Shown here piece by piece: positions 1 through 8,875 of a DNA stretch of 64,000 bases (position 1 is the stretch's first letter; each line of letters starts with the position of its first letter). Below the pieces are notes generated by a model, which had not been told where the DNA came from, searched no databases, and was given only the letters and a program-made list of their open reading frames with translations. Origin of the DNA: Nitrosopumilus sp. GTDB lineage: Archaea; Thermoproteota; Nitrososphaeria; Nitrososphaerales; Nitrosopumilaceae. The translations under genes and the position numbers were made by a program. The stretch lies in assembly GCA_965238275.1 (NCBI GenBank), contig OZ250186.1, positions 1,984,001 to 2,048,000 on the forward strand. Reading direction: 5' to 3'.

Positions 1-2
1 TA

Positions 3-1028
3 GACGACATAATACGCGACGGGGACAAGCTCCGCCATGCCACGCTGGCAGACGGGGAACAGTTCCGGTACATGCTGGAGCGGGCCAAGGTGTTTCTGAC
101 GCATTCGGGCCAGATGCCGCTGTTCTGCGATAACGCATCCCGGGCCTCCGATCCCGGAAACCGGTGCAAGCTGTACCTGAGACACGCGCTGCTCATGGCG
201 CTGATGCACAAAAAGGAAAACATCACGCAGGGAACGCTTGCCGCGTTCTTCGGGATAGACCAGTCCACCGTGTCCCGGTACTTTCCTGTGATGGACGCGA
301 TGCTGGCAGGAATACTTCCGACGGCAGACAATATATCCGAGGAGGTAGCTGCTGCCCCGACCAGGGAAGATTTCAAGAAGATCGTGCCCGGATCGGATGG
401 GGGCGAGATCTTCATAGACGGCACGCACTGCCCCATACAGCGCCCGTCCGTAAAGTCAGTCCGGCGCATGAAATACTCCGGCAAGAAGAAAAAGTTTACC
501 AACAATACCAACGTGTACACCAACCGGAACGGGGTGGTGATCGGCATATCAAAAAGCACCGTCGGGTCAGTCGGCGACATCACGCTGCTCAAGGAACGCC
601 CCATGCCGTTTGGAAAGTGGGAGAAGGCGATGCACGATCCGGACCTGCCAGAATCAGACAGGTGCCACCCATTCGTCGACCGCGGCTACCAGGGAATCGC
701 AGACCACCTGCCCGGCACCACGCCGGAGATCCCGCACAAGAAGACCAGGGACACGCCGCTGACGCCGGAGCAAAAAAAGCACAACCACAGGATCAACTCC
801 ACCCGGGTGTTGGTGGAGCACACGATAGGCAGGCTCAAGCGCTACGCGCGCCTCACCGACCCGTACGACGGCAACGCAGCCGGGTTCAACAGGGAGTTCA
901 ACGTGATCACAGGGCTGGTAAACCTGAACCTTTTGTGGGACTGCATGGAAAAGGGCCCGCCACCACCGGGGCAGTGGAAGACGTCAGTAGACTGGGACAG
1001 GGCCTGCTCCCAAGCTCCGGTCAAGTAG
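3..1028 (+). mobile_element. IS5-like (DDE_Tnp_4 plus HTH) transposase, probably 5'-partial at the window edge
   Basis: HTH (FGIDQSTVSR) and DDE motifs IDGTH..IQRP, YSGKKK, VDRGYQG, RVLVEHTIGRLK. The frame stays open upstream of the ATG at 72 to the window start. Confidence 0.9.
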
Positions 1029-1142
1029 AATTCAGGGCACGATGAAGTGCTGCAAGGCTGCGCACGTCATTTTGGATTTTGGGGTGAACGGACTTGCCAC
1101 ATGCCAGACACGAGTAGTTTTAGGCCGTATTTTTCCGGTTTT

Positions 1143-2039
1143 TTATGACCGAGTTGGCGAAATGGGCGGATTACGCATATCTTCTATTATGCGAAACCGT
1201 TTGACCCTGCGGATGGCGTGCTCCACATACACCCGTACCTTTGAGTGTTTTTTGTTGAATTCCTTCTGCTCGGGGGACAATTCTGCACCTTTTTGCTTCT
1301 TGTACGGCACTACGGCATCCCGGTCAGGAAACTCCTTGTTGATCCCCTGGTATCCGCCATCCAGGATCTCTCTGACCTTGATCCTTTTCTTGTCCTTGCT
1401 CCCGTCCTTGCGTGGAAGGTTGTCAGGGAATGTCGGGTGTTTCTTTTTGAATACTGCAAAGTCGTGGATCCTGCCCGGGGAATGCCGGGTCTTGTGAAGG
1501 ATGAGGCCGTCCGTGGCCGATGTGTACTGGACCTTGGACGTGTGCCTGTGTGCCTTGCCCGAGTAGTGGGACCGTTCCATGTCCTTGCGCCCGGGACGTT
1601 GTATCTGCTGCTCGGAGGCATCAATCAGGGCAGTCAGGCCCGGAATGATCTCCTCAAGATCGTCAAGCGTCTTGGTGGCCTTGATGCTGGCGTAGATCTT
1701 TGACGGAAGCGGAACGCACTGCCGGATCGACGGCTCCAGTGCCCCCATGCTGCGGGACACGCTAGCCTGGCCCACCTGAAACACCATGGCAAGAAGATCC
1801 TGTGTGGCGTATGTCCTGTAATAAAACAGGACCAGAAGAAACCTGTTTTTCAGATCCAGTTTCCACCTGCGTCCGGCACCAATGCCGCGCATCCTGCTTC
1901 TTTTGGAGAGTCGCTTTTGCTCTGCCCTGGGGTATTTTTTTGCCAGCCGCCCTGCCACCAAATTAAATTCGGAGACTGTCAGTCCAGTGCACCGGATGAA
2001 CAGTTTGGGCTTTTTTGCTAATTTGTCGTATAATGACAT
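1143..2039 (-). mobile_element. IS5-like (DDE_Tnp_4) transposase, C-terminally truncated
   Basis: Motifs IDASEQQIQRP, YSGKAHRH, LDGGYQG, RVYVEHAIRRVKRF. Likely start is MSLYDK at 2039. Similarity to the family ends just after RFRII, where the last helix seen in the neighbouring copy is missing. Confidence 0.85.
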
Positions 2040-2363
2040 GCTTTGACATGGGCAATCAGAATAAAACACGGCTGACGTATAGTTTTGATCATCGGGTAAG
2101 TTCGAATTGACATGCAATTCCGTGCAATCAACCGGATTTGTCCTGCAATGCGTCCAATCGTGTGGTTATACCCAATTACGGATTATGTCTATGGAGTCCA
2201 GGGCGTGATAGTGCGCACGTACAATGACAGCGAGTCCTGCTTCGTCTCGCTTGCCGTCCACAAGTTGGGCGCCGAGGACATCACAAGTGCGGCCGCAATT
2301 AGCACGAATTTTAGTAACTGCATAGTTTTTTGATCAAATGTTGAACTCCATGCCTACGCGCGT

Positions 2364-2433
2364 CTATGCAGTTTTTTGACGTGGAGCCAGGCCCTCGTGC
2401 AGGATCGTGCCAAGATCATCTCCCCTTGCCTTG
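2364..2433 (-). pseudogene. Displaced 3' end of the IS66 transposase
   Basis: Removing 2442-3689 and one TSD copy restores ...LMSIKQT-CKARGDDLGTILHEGLAPRQKTA*, which matches the IS66 C-terminal S..TCK..G pattern. Confidence 0.85.
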
Positions 2434-2441
2434 CATGTCTG

Positions 2442-2488
2442 GGACCTGTTAAATTTTGGTAATCAGATCAGTAAAAGTTACCAGAGCC
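2442..2488. repeat. 47-bp mini-MITE, copy 1
   Basis: GGACCTGTTAAATTTTGGTAATCAGATCAGTAAAAGTTACCAGAGCC. Its two ends form an imperfect inverted repeat (GGACCTGTTAAATTTT vs GGCTCTGGTAACTTTT, 12/16). Confidence 0.9.
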
Positions 2489-2513
2489 GCCAGCCAAGCG
2501 CCAACGTGGTGTT

Positions 2514-3209
2514 TTATTGCACGTTGCGCGCGACATGCAGTCCGCATTCTTTGACGCCACGTTCCCACCACCAACGGCCCGCGCGCGGATCTTCGCCGGG
2601 TTTCACAGCCCTAGTACATGGTTCGCATCCTATGCTTGTGTAACCCCTGTCCAACAACGCGTTGTACGGCACGCCGTGCGCCCTGACGTAGCCCCAAACG
2701 TCTTCAATACTCCAGTTTATTATCGGATTTATCTTCACTATCCCGCCGTGCGCCGAATCCAATTCGAACATTTCCATGTCGCGCCTGGCTTCGGTCTGAT
2801 CGCGCCGCAAGCCGGTGATCCACCCGTTGAGCGTGGCCAGTTTGGCATTCATCGGTTCGACTTTGCGGACATGGCAGCACGTTTTGCGTCCCTCGACGCT
2901 TTCGTAAAACAGGTGCGTGCCGCGCTCTTCGACCATGTGTTCGACGCGTTCGGGATCCGGTTTGAGCCTTTCGACTTTGATTCCATACCTGTCTTCCACG
3001 GCCGCGATTATGTCCAGTGTCTCTTTCGGCAGAAAACCTGTGTCTAGCGTGAAGAATTGGAATTCGGGGGTGATTTTCACCATCATGTCGATTACTGCCG
3101 CGTCTTCGGCGCCGAAGCTTGACGCCTTGCCGACTGACGGACAAAGGTTGTCAGACGCCCACCTGAGCGCTCCTTCGGCGGTAGTTATTTCAGAATTCAA
3201 CAGCCGCAC
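2514..3209 (-). CDS. cysH: Thioredoxin-dependent APS/PAPS reductase (4Fe-4S type); start uncertain
   Basis: Motifs SFGAED, LDTG, CC..RKVEP, WITGLRRDQ, SIGCEPCT, R.GRW and C-terminal ECGLH. The ORF is open to 3359, but CysH-like sequence begins near 3240. GTG at 3209 is the nearest in-frame start. Confidence 0.92.
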   Translation of the reverse strand: MRLLNSEITTAEGALRWASDNLCPSVGKASSFGAEDAAVIDMMVKITPEFQFFTLDTGFLPKETLDIIAAVEDRYGIKVERLKPDPERVEHMVEERGTHLFYESVEGRKTCCHVRKVEPMNAKLATLNGWITGLRRDQTEARRDMEMFELDSAHGGIVKINPIINWSIEDVWGYVRAHGVPYNALLDRGYTSIGCEPCTRAVKPGEDPRAGRWWWERGVKECGLHVARNVQ

Positions 3210-3228
3210 GTCGTCTGCGGTAAGCCGT

Positions 3229-3489
3229 TTACGTGCCCATTCGCTCTTCAATTTTTTCAAGCTCCTTAGTACATTCAGTGCTGTCGCTTTCCAAGGCTGA
3301 AATTTGTTCATCGTAGTTTTCAATATCATTTTTAAATTCTTTAATTTCGTTTTCGTCATTTGAATTGTCGATCCGATACTTTGTAGCTTTTCGAAGTTCG
3401 CGAAGCCTGTCTAATTCCCTATTGTTTGTTCTTATTCTTTCTTTAAATGCTTCTGCTGCACCTTCTGCACCGTAGTTTAATCCAGTCAT
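3229..3489 (-). CDS. Small AT-rich coiled-coil hypothetical protein
   Basis: E/K/N-rich heptad-like sequence with an AT-rich TATA-like stretch upstream (about 3505-3523). Confidence 0.55.
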   Translation of the reverse strand: MTGLNYGAEGAAEAFKERIRTNNRELDRLRELRKATKYRIDNSNDENEIKEFKNDIENYDEQISALESDSTECTKELEKIEERMGT

Positions 3490-3642
3490 GGTTGCATCAG
3501 AATACAAATAACATTATAATAAAGGTACTGAAAAGTGGCGGCGTGTTGCATAATCCTGCCTGCCATGTTACAATGAGCAGCACCATACACCATCATCCAG
3601 ACCGAAAAAGCTAAAGATCATGAGAATCAAGGCATCCTAGTG

Positions 3643-3689
3643 TGACCTGTTAAATTTTGGTGATCAGATCAGTAAAAGTTACCAGAGCC
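3643..3689. repeat. 47-bp mini-MITE, copy 2
   Basis: TGACCTGTTAAATTTTGGTGATCAGATCAGTAAAAGTTACCAGAGCC, with 2 mismatches against copy 1. Confidence 0.9.
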
Positions 3690-5044
3690 CATGTCTGCTT
3701 GATGCTCATCAGCGTGGCAATGGCATCTGCGCCCTTCTTTGACCTGCTCCCGTTGCTGTTCTTGCGCAGGATGACGCACGGCCTGATGGCCCGCTCTGCC
3801 CGGTTGTTGTGGTATTCGACGCCGTCTGTCTCCAGAAACGCAAACAGGTGATCTCCCTCCCGCACCAGCCTCTTGCGCATCCTGTTGCAGTGCCTGCAGT
3901 CGCGGTCCTTTTCGAGCCTGCCGATAAGTGACGCGATGCGACGATCCAGCCTCTTCTTTGCTGCCAGTGCTTCGGCACCTCCCGGAACGGCGCCGTCGAT
4001 GTGCGAGTCCCACAGTATCGTGCGCAGCGTCCTTGCGTGACGCTTGTAGTCATCGCCGGGATTCTTGTATTTCAGGGTGTCCTTGATGTCCCGGGCGTAA
4101 TGAAGGTGGCACTTTTGGTGTTCGGATCCGATGACGTTCCACGCGGCCCACGAGTCAGACGTGACGCATCCCGGGTAGTCCTTGCCGAGCATCTTTTTTG
4201 GAACCTTCGAGTTCCTGTGGCGGTGCACCTCGTAGATTACGGCGTACCTGGCTACAGCCACCCACAGCCAATAGTTTGTGCCGTCGACGCGCCAGGTCGT
4301 CTCGTCCCCGTTTATCGCAGGCGAGTTTCTTACCTCCTCCCTGATCTTCTCGTACAGCGGCCCGAGCTCCCGGGCCATCCTGCACACCATGCGGTTTATC
4401 GCAGATTCCGTGATTCTTGCCGAGTACATCATCATGACAATATTGCATATTCTGAGGTCTGACATGCCGTGCAGCCTGAGGATGACCATCATTATCATAA
4501 AGTTGATCCCGTACCTGGAGTTTGGCAGTGCCAGCGGAGTCCTGCCGGACACGATCCTCTTGCAGTTCCTGCAACGCCTTCTCTTTACTGTCACCTTGAT
4601 GTGCTTTAGTTCCGTCTTGGCAGCCTCCCTTACCACCTTTGTGTACGTGGACACGCATTCTGAGAGGTCGGAGCTGCCGCAGTTGCCGCACGTGTGCGGA
4701 TCTGCTGTCTCCTCTGCGTCTATTCTTTCAGGACGCGCAAGGCCCGTGCGTTTGTGGTCACTTGGCTTGCCCTTGCCCTTGCCCTTGCCCTTTGCGCGGC
4801 GCCGGGTACTGCCGGTCTTTTTGTCCGGTTTTGCGCCGATGCTCCTTGCAACGGCAGCCGATATGATGCCCTTTGCCTCCTGCAACTCTACCGTGAGATC
4901 CTGGATCTGTTTGAGGGCGGCAGCGTAAAGATCAGCGAGTTTGGCCATCTGCCGGTCTTTTTCGGCCATCTGCTCTACCATCACACCCACTTTTTCCTCC
5001 AGTTCTGCAATCCTTGACTCGGAATTATCATCAGACATATGCAA
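3650..5044 (-). pseudogene. IS66 transposase (TnpC-like), native C-terminus replaced by insert-derived sequence
   Basis: N-terminal coiled coil, Zn finger (CGNC..CRNC), GDETTW, YWLWV, TSD, QKCHLH and NNRAERAIRP.V..RK.S.GSRS..GA motifs. The last 13 aa are altered by or read from the 47-bp repeat. Confidence 0.92.
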
Positions 5045-5266
5045 ACCGTGGGCAGCAATGATCTAAAAATTAGGACGGAGAGAAAAACTCGATCAAGTGA
5101 TTAAAAATAGTTTTAAAAAATTAGACAGACGCGGATTTTCTGATTGTAGATATGGAGTTCAACATTTGATCAAAAAACTACACAGATACGAATTTTATTA
5201 TATTTCACAGTACTCATGTATATAATAGATTTTTAACTGTCTATTGACTCATGAACATAAGTTAGC

Positions 5267-5965
5267 ATGGCTTTAATTTATGGAATTTCCGGTAGCGAAA
5301 GGGGGCTCTTGAACAAATATCCCAGTGCAGTGCAAAAAATTGAAGATATTGAGAAAGCCTACAATGACTTGAAAGAACATATGAAGGAAGAAGATAACGG
5401 GTTTTTCGGGCGCATCAGGAAATGGAGCAAGCAACAGCAGCTAAATAGGTTTGAAAAAAACAAAGGTGATCCGATGCACGCAGGCACCCGCGGTGAATTG
5501 CATGTCTTAAATGAGCTGTCCAAGTTACCTGACGATTATCACGTTTTGTGTGGACTTGATTTTGAATTGCCGCATTACGTGACTTACAACAATCGAAAAA
5601 ACCTAAAATCAGCACAGATGGATTTCGTGGTGGTTTCCAAAAGAGGAGTGGTCATAATCGAAGTCAAAAACTGGAGCGACCGATATTATGAACAGCATGA
5701 AGGCATCAGTCCACACGAGCAAGTGGACCGTGCGGGACTGGTGCTGTGGATTTCGCTAAAAGCATGGAGAAGCCCACAAAACCCTCCGGTTACAAAAATC
5801 TTGCTGCCGGTGCAAGAAAACATGGGATATGATCTAAATTTCAAGTTTGTTTTGGTAAGGCATTTGGCAAATATCAATTCATTCATTGTAAACCAAAGAG
5901 AATTGTTTTCAGAAAAAGAAACTCAAAGGGTCGTTGACAGGTTAAAAGATCATGTCACGCAATGA
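5267..5965 (+). CDS. NERD (nuclease-related) domain protein
   Basis: G..GE..V...L followed by AQMDFVVV...GV.IIEVKN, a PD-(D/E)XK NERD signature. Confidence 0.85.
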   Translation: MALIYGISGSERGLLNKYPSAVQKIEDIEKAYNDLKEHMKEEDNGFFGRIRKWSKQQQLNRFEKNKGDPMHAGTRGELHVLNELSKLPDDYHVLCGLDFELPHYVTYNNRKNLKSAQMDFVVVSKRGVVIIEVKNWSDRYYEQHEGISPHEQVDRAGLVLWISLKAWRSPQNPPVTKILLPVQENMGYDLNFKFVLVRHLANINSFIVNQRELFSEKETQRVVDRLKDHVTQ

Positions 5966-6258
5966 TCAATCCGCGTGTTTGTAGACAGTCTTACCGGAAT
6001 TATCCTTCAGAGTATTTCCCCAAGACGCGCAGCCATTCCCCTGCAAGCCTGAATGTGCAGAATATTTCCCCCACCGTGAGAGTAATTTAAATGGGATTTT
6101 ACAGTTATTTTTACGACAAATCCAGTTTTTGTTCACGAATTTATTTTTCACTGCATATCGGATTCCATAATTTGGGACAGAGGTATTTTGGCGGCATGGC
6201 ATTGGCCGGAAGGTTGGCGGTAAGAAATTATTGCTACCGTCGGATTTATAAATAATTT

Positions 6259-6456
6259 TTAATAGTTTTTATATTTAGCCTGGTTGGCGGAATTATCATG
6301 ATAGCATTCTGAACACATCTTAGAATACAATAGCATTACGGCATTGCCACAAAAAATGCATTCATCATGCTTTACACGCCTCCCATGCTCCTCAGGACAT
6401 TTCTTGTGAACCACGTCAGCCCTCGTGACATCGGCTTCGTCGGGCAACATGTCCAA
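6259..6456 (-). CDS. Small Cys/His-rich hypothetical protein, possibly a 5'-frameshifted remnant
   Basis: H..C, CIFC and CSEC motifs in an AT-rich segment. Confidence 0.35.
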   Translation of the reverse strand: MDMLPDEADVTRADVVHKKCPEEHGRRVKHDECIFCGNAVMLLYSKMCSECYHDNSANQAKYKNY

Positions 6457-7155
6457 TTCATCTTTCCCCTTGCATTCTTGAGTATAACTTGCAATTCACC
6501 ATGAACTGAAGCAGGGTTTTATTTTATTGAAATTTAATGGGTGATGAAGGCGTATTCGACTCGGCATGAATCAGACATGCTGGAGACGGCCTAACTCATG
6601 GTGGAAGTTAGGTGTCCGTTTATGCCATGCATGCAGTATGCCAGACATATTGATGGCAGTTGCACGGTCCAACACATGCATGATGATGGACTTGGAACGG
6701 CTTTTGACATCAAGTTGACATGATTTCTGCAACGTCCCGAGGGATTACCATAGATTTCCACATGTGGGCTGCAATCATGGCCAGGCCGGATCCAGATGAT
6801 GTGCCCTTGGGCAGTCGTACCGGAGACCGAAGAATCTAGGGGTCTTTCCTCCCCCCCCCCTCATACCGGCGCATCCGGCGATGCATCCGCAGGCCAGATT
6901 GCAGAGACGTATAGGCAGTATCACTTATGCCTGTTTAACGCAGGCAACCCAGACATGCTACAGGCATTCCTGTACGTATCCTAATTCCCTTTTTGTACGC
7001 CCTTTTGAGTTCATCCCATTTTGTTTAGCCCATATTGCAGCAAGAGGTCGCAGGATCTGTAGTTTCGAGTGTGGTCGGTTCAACCTTGCATGGACTTTTT
7101 TGCGTCAGCATGGATCTAAACGAATATTGTAGAGTCCCAAGGTACACACAGCCAG

Positions 7156-8100
7156 ATGGCAGGCGAAATATCAGACAGGCTCTACAGGGTTCTTGAAGAG
7201 TCCTGCGCATCCTGCAAGTCGAACCTGATCTCGCTGTCAGGGGGACTGGACAGCACCATCATCGCATACCTGTCAAGACAGCGAAGTCCAAAGGGGGTGG
7301 CAGTCATTGCAGAGGACTTTGTCTCGACTGACCTGACATACTGCCAGATGGCGGCAGGAAAGATGAAGATGCCCCTGTCAATATACACGGTAGGTACGGC
7401 TGAAATCCTTGAGGCCGTCGGGGAGACTGTCAGGATTCTGGGAAACTTCAACGACATAGAGATTCGAAACAGCGTTGTCATGTATCTGGCAGCAAGATGG
7501 GCAAGGGACAACGGGGAGGAGTCGATCATCACAGGCGACGGCGCCGACGAGCTGTTTGCAGGATACAGGTTTCTCATCAACAAGCCGCAGGGGGAGCTCG
7601 AAGAGGAGATCAGGAGGGTCTGCTCTGTGATGCATTTTCCCACGCAGAGGATTGGGGACGCCCTGGGAGTAGGCATAGAATCACCGTTCCTGGACGAGTC
7701 GGTGCAGGAGCTTGCACGGGAGATCCCGGCTGACTTGAAGGTCAGAGGGAGAGGCAGGGAGAGGCACGGAAAATGGATACTGCGCAAGACGTTTGAGGGG
7801 CTCATCCCGCCCAGAATTGCATGGAGGCCCAAATCCCCAATGCAGGACGGATCCGGGACCGCAGGCCTGACGGGCCTGTTCGAGTCAGTTATCGACCGGG
7901 ACGAGTTTGCCGAAAAGGTAAAGGCGGTACAGGGGAAAGACGGCATCACCATCAGGAGCAGCGAGTCGATGTACTACTATGAGATCTTCAGGAGGCATTT
8001 TGGGCCTCCTGCACGTGTTCCATACGGCGCGTGCCCATACTGCGGATGCGCAATCAGGGATTCCAGATTCTGCAGGATGTGCGGCGCGTTTCCGGTCTAG
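7156..8100 (+). CDS. Asparagine synthase C-terminal-domain protein with a C-terminal Zn ribbon
   Basis: LSGGLDS PP-loop, TGDGADELFAGY, KWILR, WRPK, and CPYC..CRMC. Confidence 0.88.
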   Translation: MAGEISDRLYRVLEESCASCKSNLISLSGGLDSTIIAYLSRQRSPKGVAVIAEDFVSTDLTYCQMAAGKMKMPLSIYTVGTAEILEAVGETVRILGNFNDIEIRNSVVMYLAARWARDNGEESIITGDGADELFAGYRFLINKPQGELEEEIRRVCSVMHFPTQRIGDALGVGIESPFLDESVQELAREIPADLKVRGRGRERHGKWILRKTFEGLIPPRIAWRPKSPMQDGSGTAGLTGLFESVIDRDEFAEKVKAVQGKDGITIRSSESMYYYEIFRRHFGPPARVPYGACPYCGCAIRDSRFCRMCGAFPV

Positions 8101-8368
8101 GCGTTGTTCCTATACTTGCGCGGTTTTTTAATGAATATCCGCCTGCATCCGTTGCAGCAAAAGTAAAACTTTGTCCCGTCATGCTCGTGCAGCAGTGCAA
8201 GATCCTCGTCTAGTTCAATTCCGCACACGGGATCCACTGGCATGATTTACCCATTCTGAAATTCCTTATATTTGATGTGTAATTTCGAGGAAACCGGCAG
8301 CATCCAATGGAATTCCTCTCAAAACAGTCGCCTGCAAAAGCCGGACGGGCTGCTGTTGGCACGCCCGG

Positions 8369-8734
8369 TCAGGAATGGACGATATCCAGAATCTTGTCTG
8401 GGAGCAGTCCGTAATCGGCATCAGGCTCAAAGACTGCATACAGTATGTCGTCGTTAATCAGGACGCTGATTGCAAGAATCCGCTCACGCAGGGCCATGGC
8501 AAATTTTACAGGGCCGAGCTGCTTGTCAAACTCTTTTCTCATCTTTACACGCAGTGCAAGCTCCATGAAGATCATCTCGTCATCCCTCTCATCCTCGAGC
8601 GACTTGATGCTCTCCTTCATTCCCCCTGCGACAAGCCTGCCCCGCTCGTTAACAACGCCGACAAACCGGATCTTTGGATCAAGGGACATTACAGAGTCAC
8701 AGATTCCAACATAGTCATAAATTTTCTCGGCCAA
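8369..8734 (-). CDS. DUF6659-like (roadblock/profilin-fold) thaumarchaeal protein
   Basis: IRFVGVVN..G.LVAGG..... MRKEFD..LG pattern. Probable TTG start at 8734. Confidence 0.75.
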   Translation of the reverse strand: MAEKIYDYVGICDSVMSLDPKIRFVGVVNERGRLVAGGMKESIKSLEDERDDEMIFMELALRVKMRKEFDKQLGPVKFAMALRERILAISVLINDDILYAVFEPDADYGLLPDKILDIVHS

Positions 8735-8875
8735 TCTCAATACTAGTAAAAAATTTCTGCTTATTATCTTTATACGGCACAATAGTTTGTTGTACAACCC
8801 CAATCTAGTGCGTAAATTCTCACCAATAAAACACGATCCAGGCACGATTATGTTCAACAAACTACGGCACAATGT

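Larger units (their letters stand above)
2442..3689. mobile_element. Non-autonomous composite element: cargo between two directly repeated 47-bp mini-elements
   Basis: 8-bp TSD CATGTCTG at 2434-2441 and 3690-3697. 47-bp direct repeats sit at both ends and there is no transposase inside. Confidence 0.88.
2314..5189 (-). mobile_element. IS66-family element (single-ORF, ISBst12-like group) interrupted by a 1.25-kb insert
   Basis: Left end GTAACTGCATAGTTTTTTGATCAAATGTTGAACTCCAT (2314-2351) is an inverted repeat of 5152-5189, matching 35/38 with a perfect inner 29 bp. An 8-bp direct repeat GAATTTTA lies at 2306-2313 and 5190-5197. GTA(A) termini and 8-bp TSDs are typical of IS66. Length without the insert is about 1620 bp. 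Confidence 0.92.

Noticed and set aside
2442-3689. Integron cassette (attC-like sites) or dif module
   Set aside because: The 47-mers are palindromic, but the exact 8-bp target duplication and GG..CTG ends point to DDE transposition. No tyrosine recombinase is in the window.
7156-8100. Lasso-peptide cyclase or a pseudogenised asnB
   Set aside because: No precursor or peptidase genes are nearby, and a stand-alone synthetase domain with a Zn ribbon is a plausible ordinary archaeal gene.
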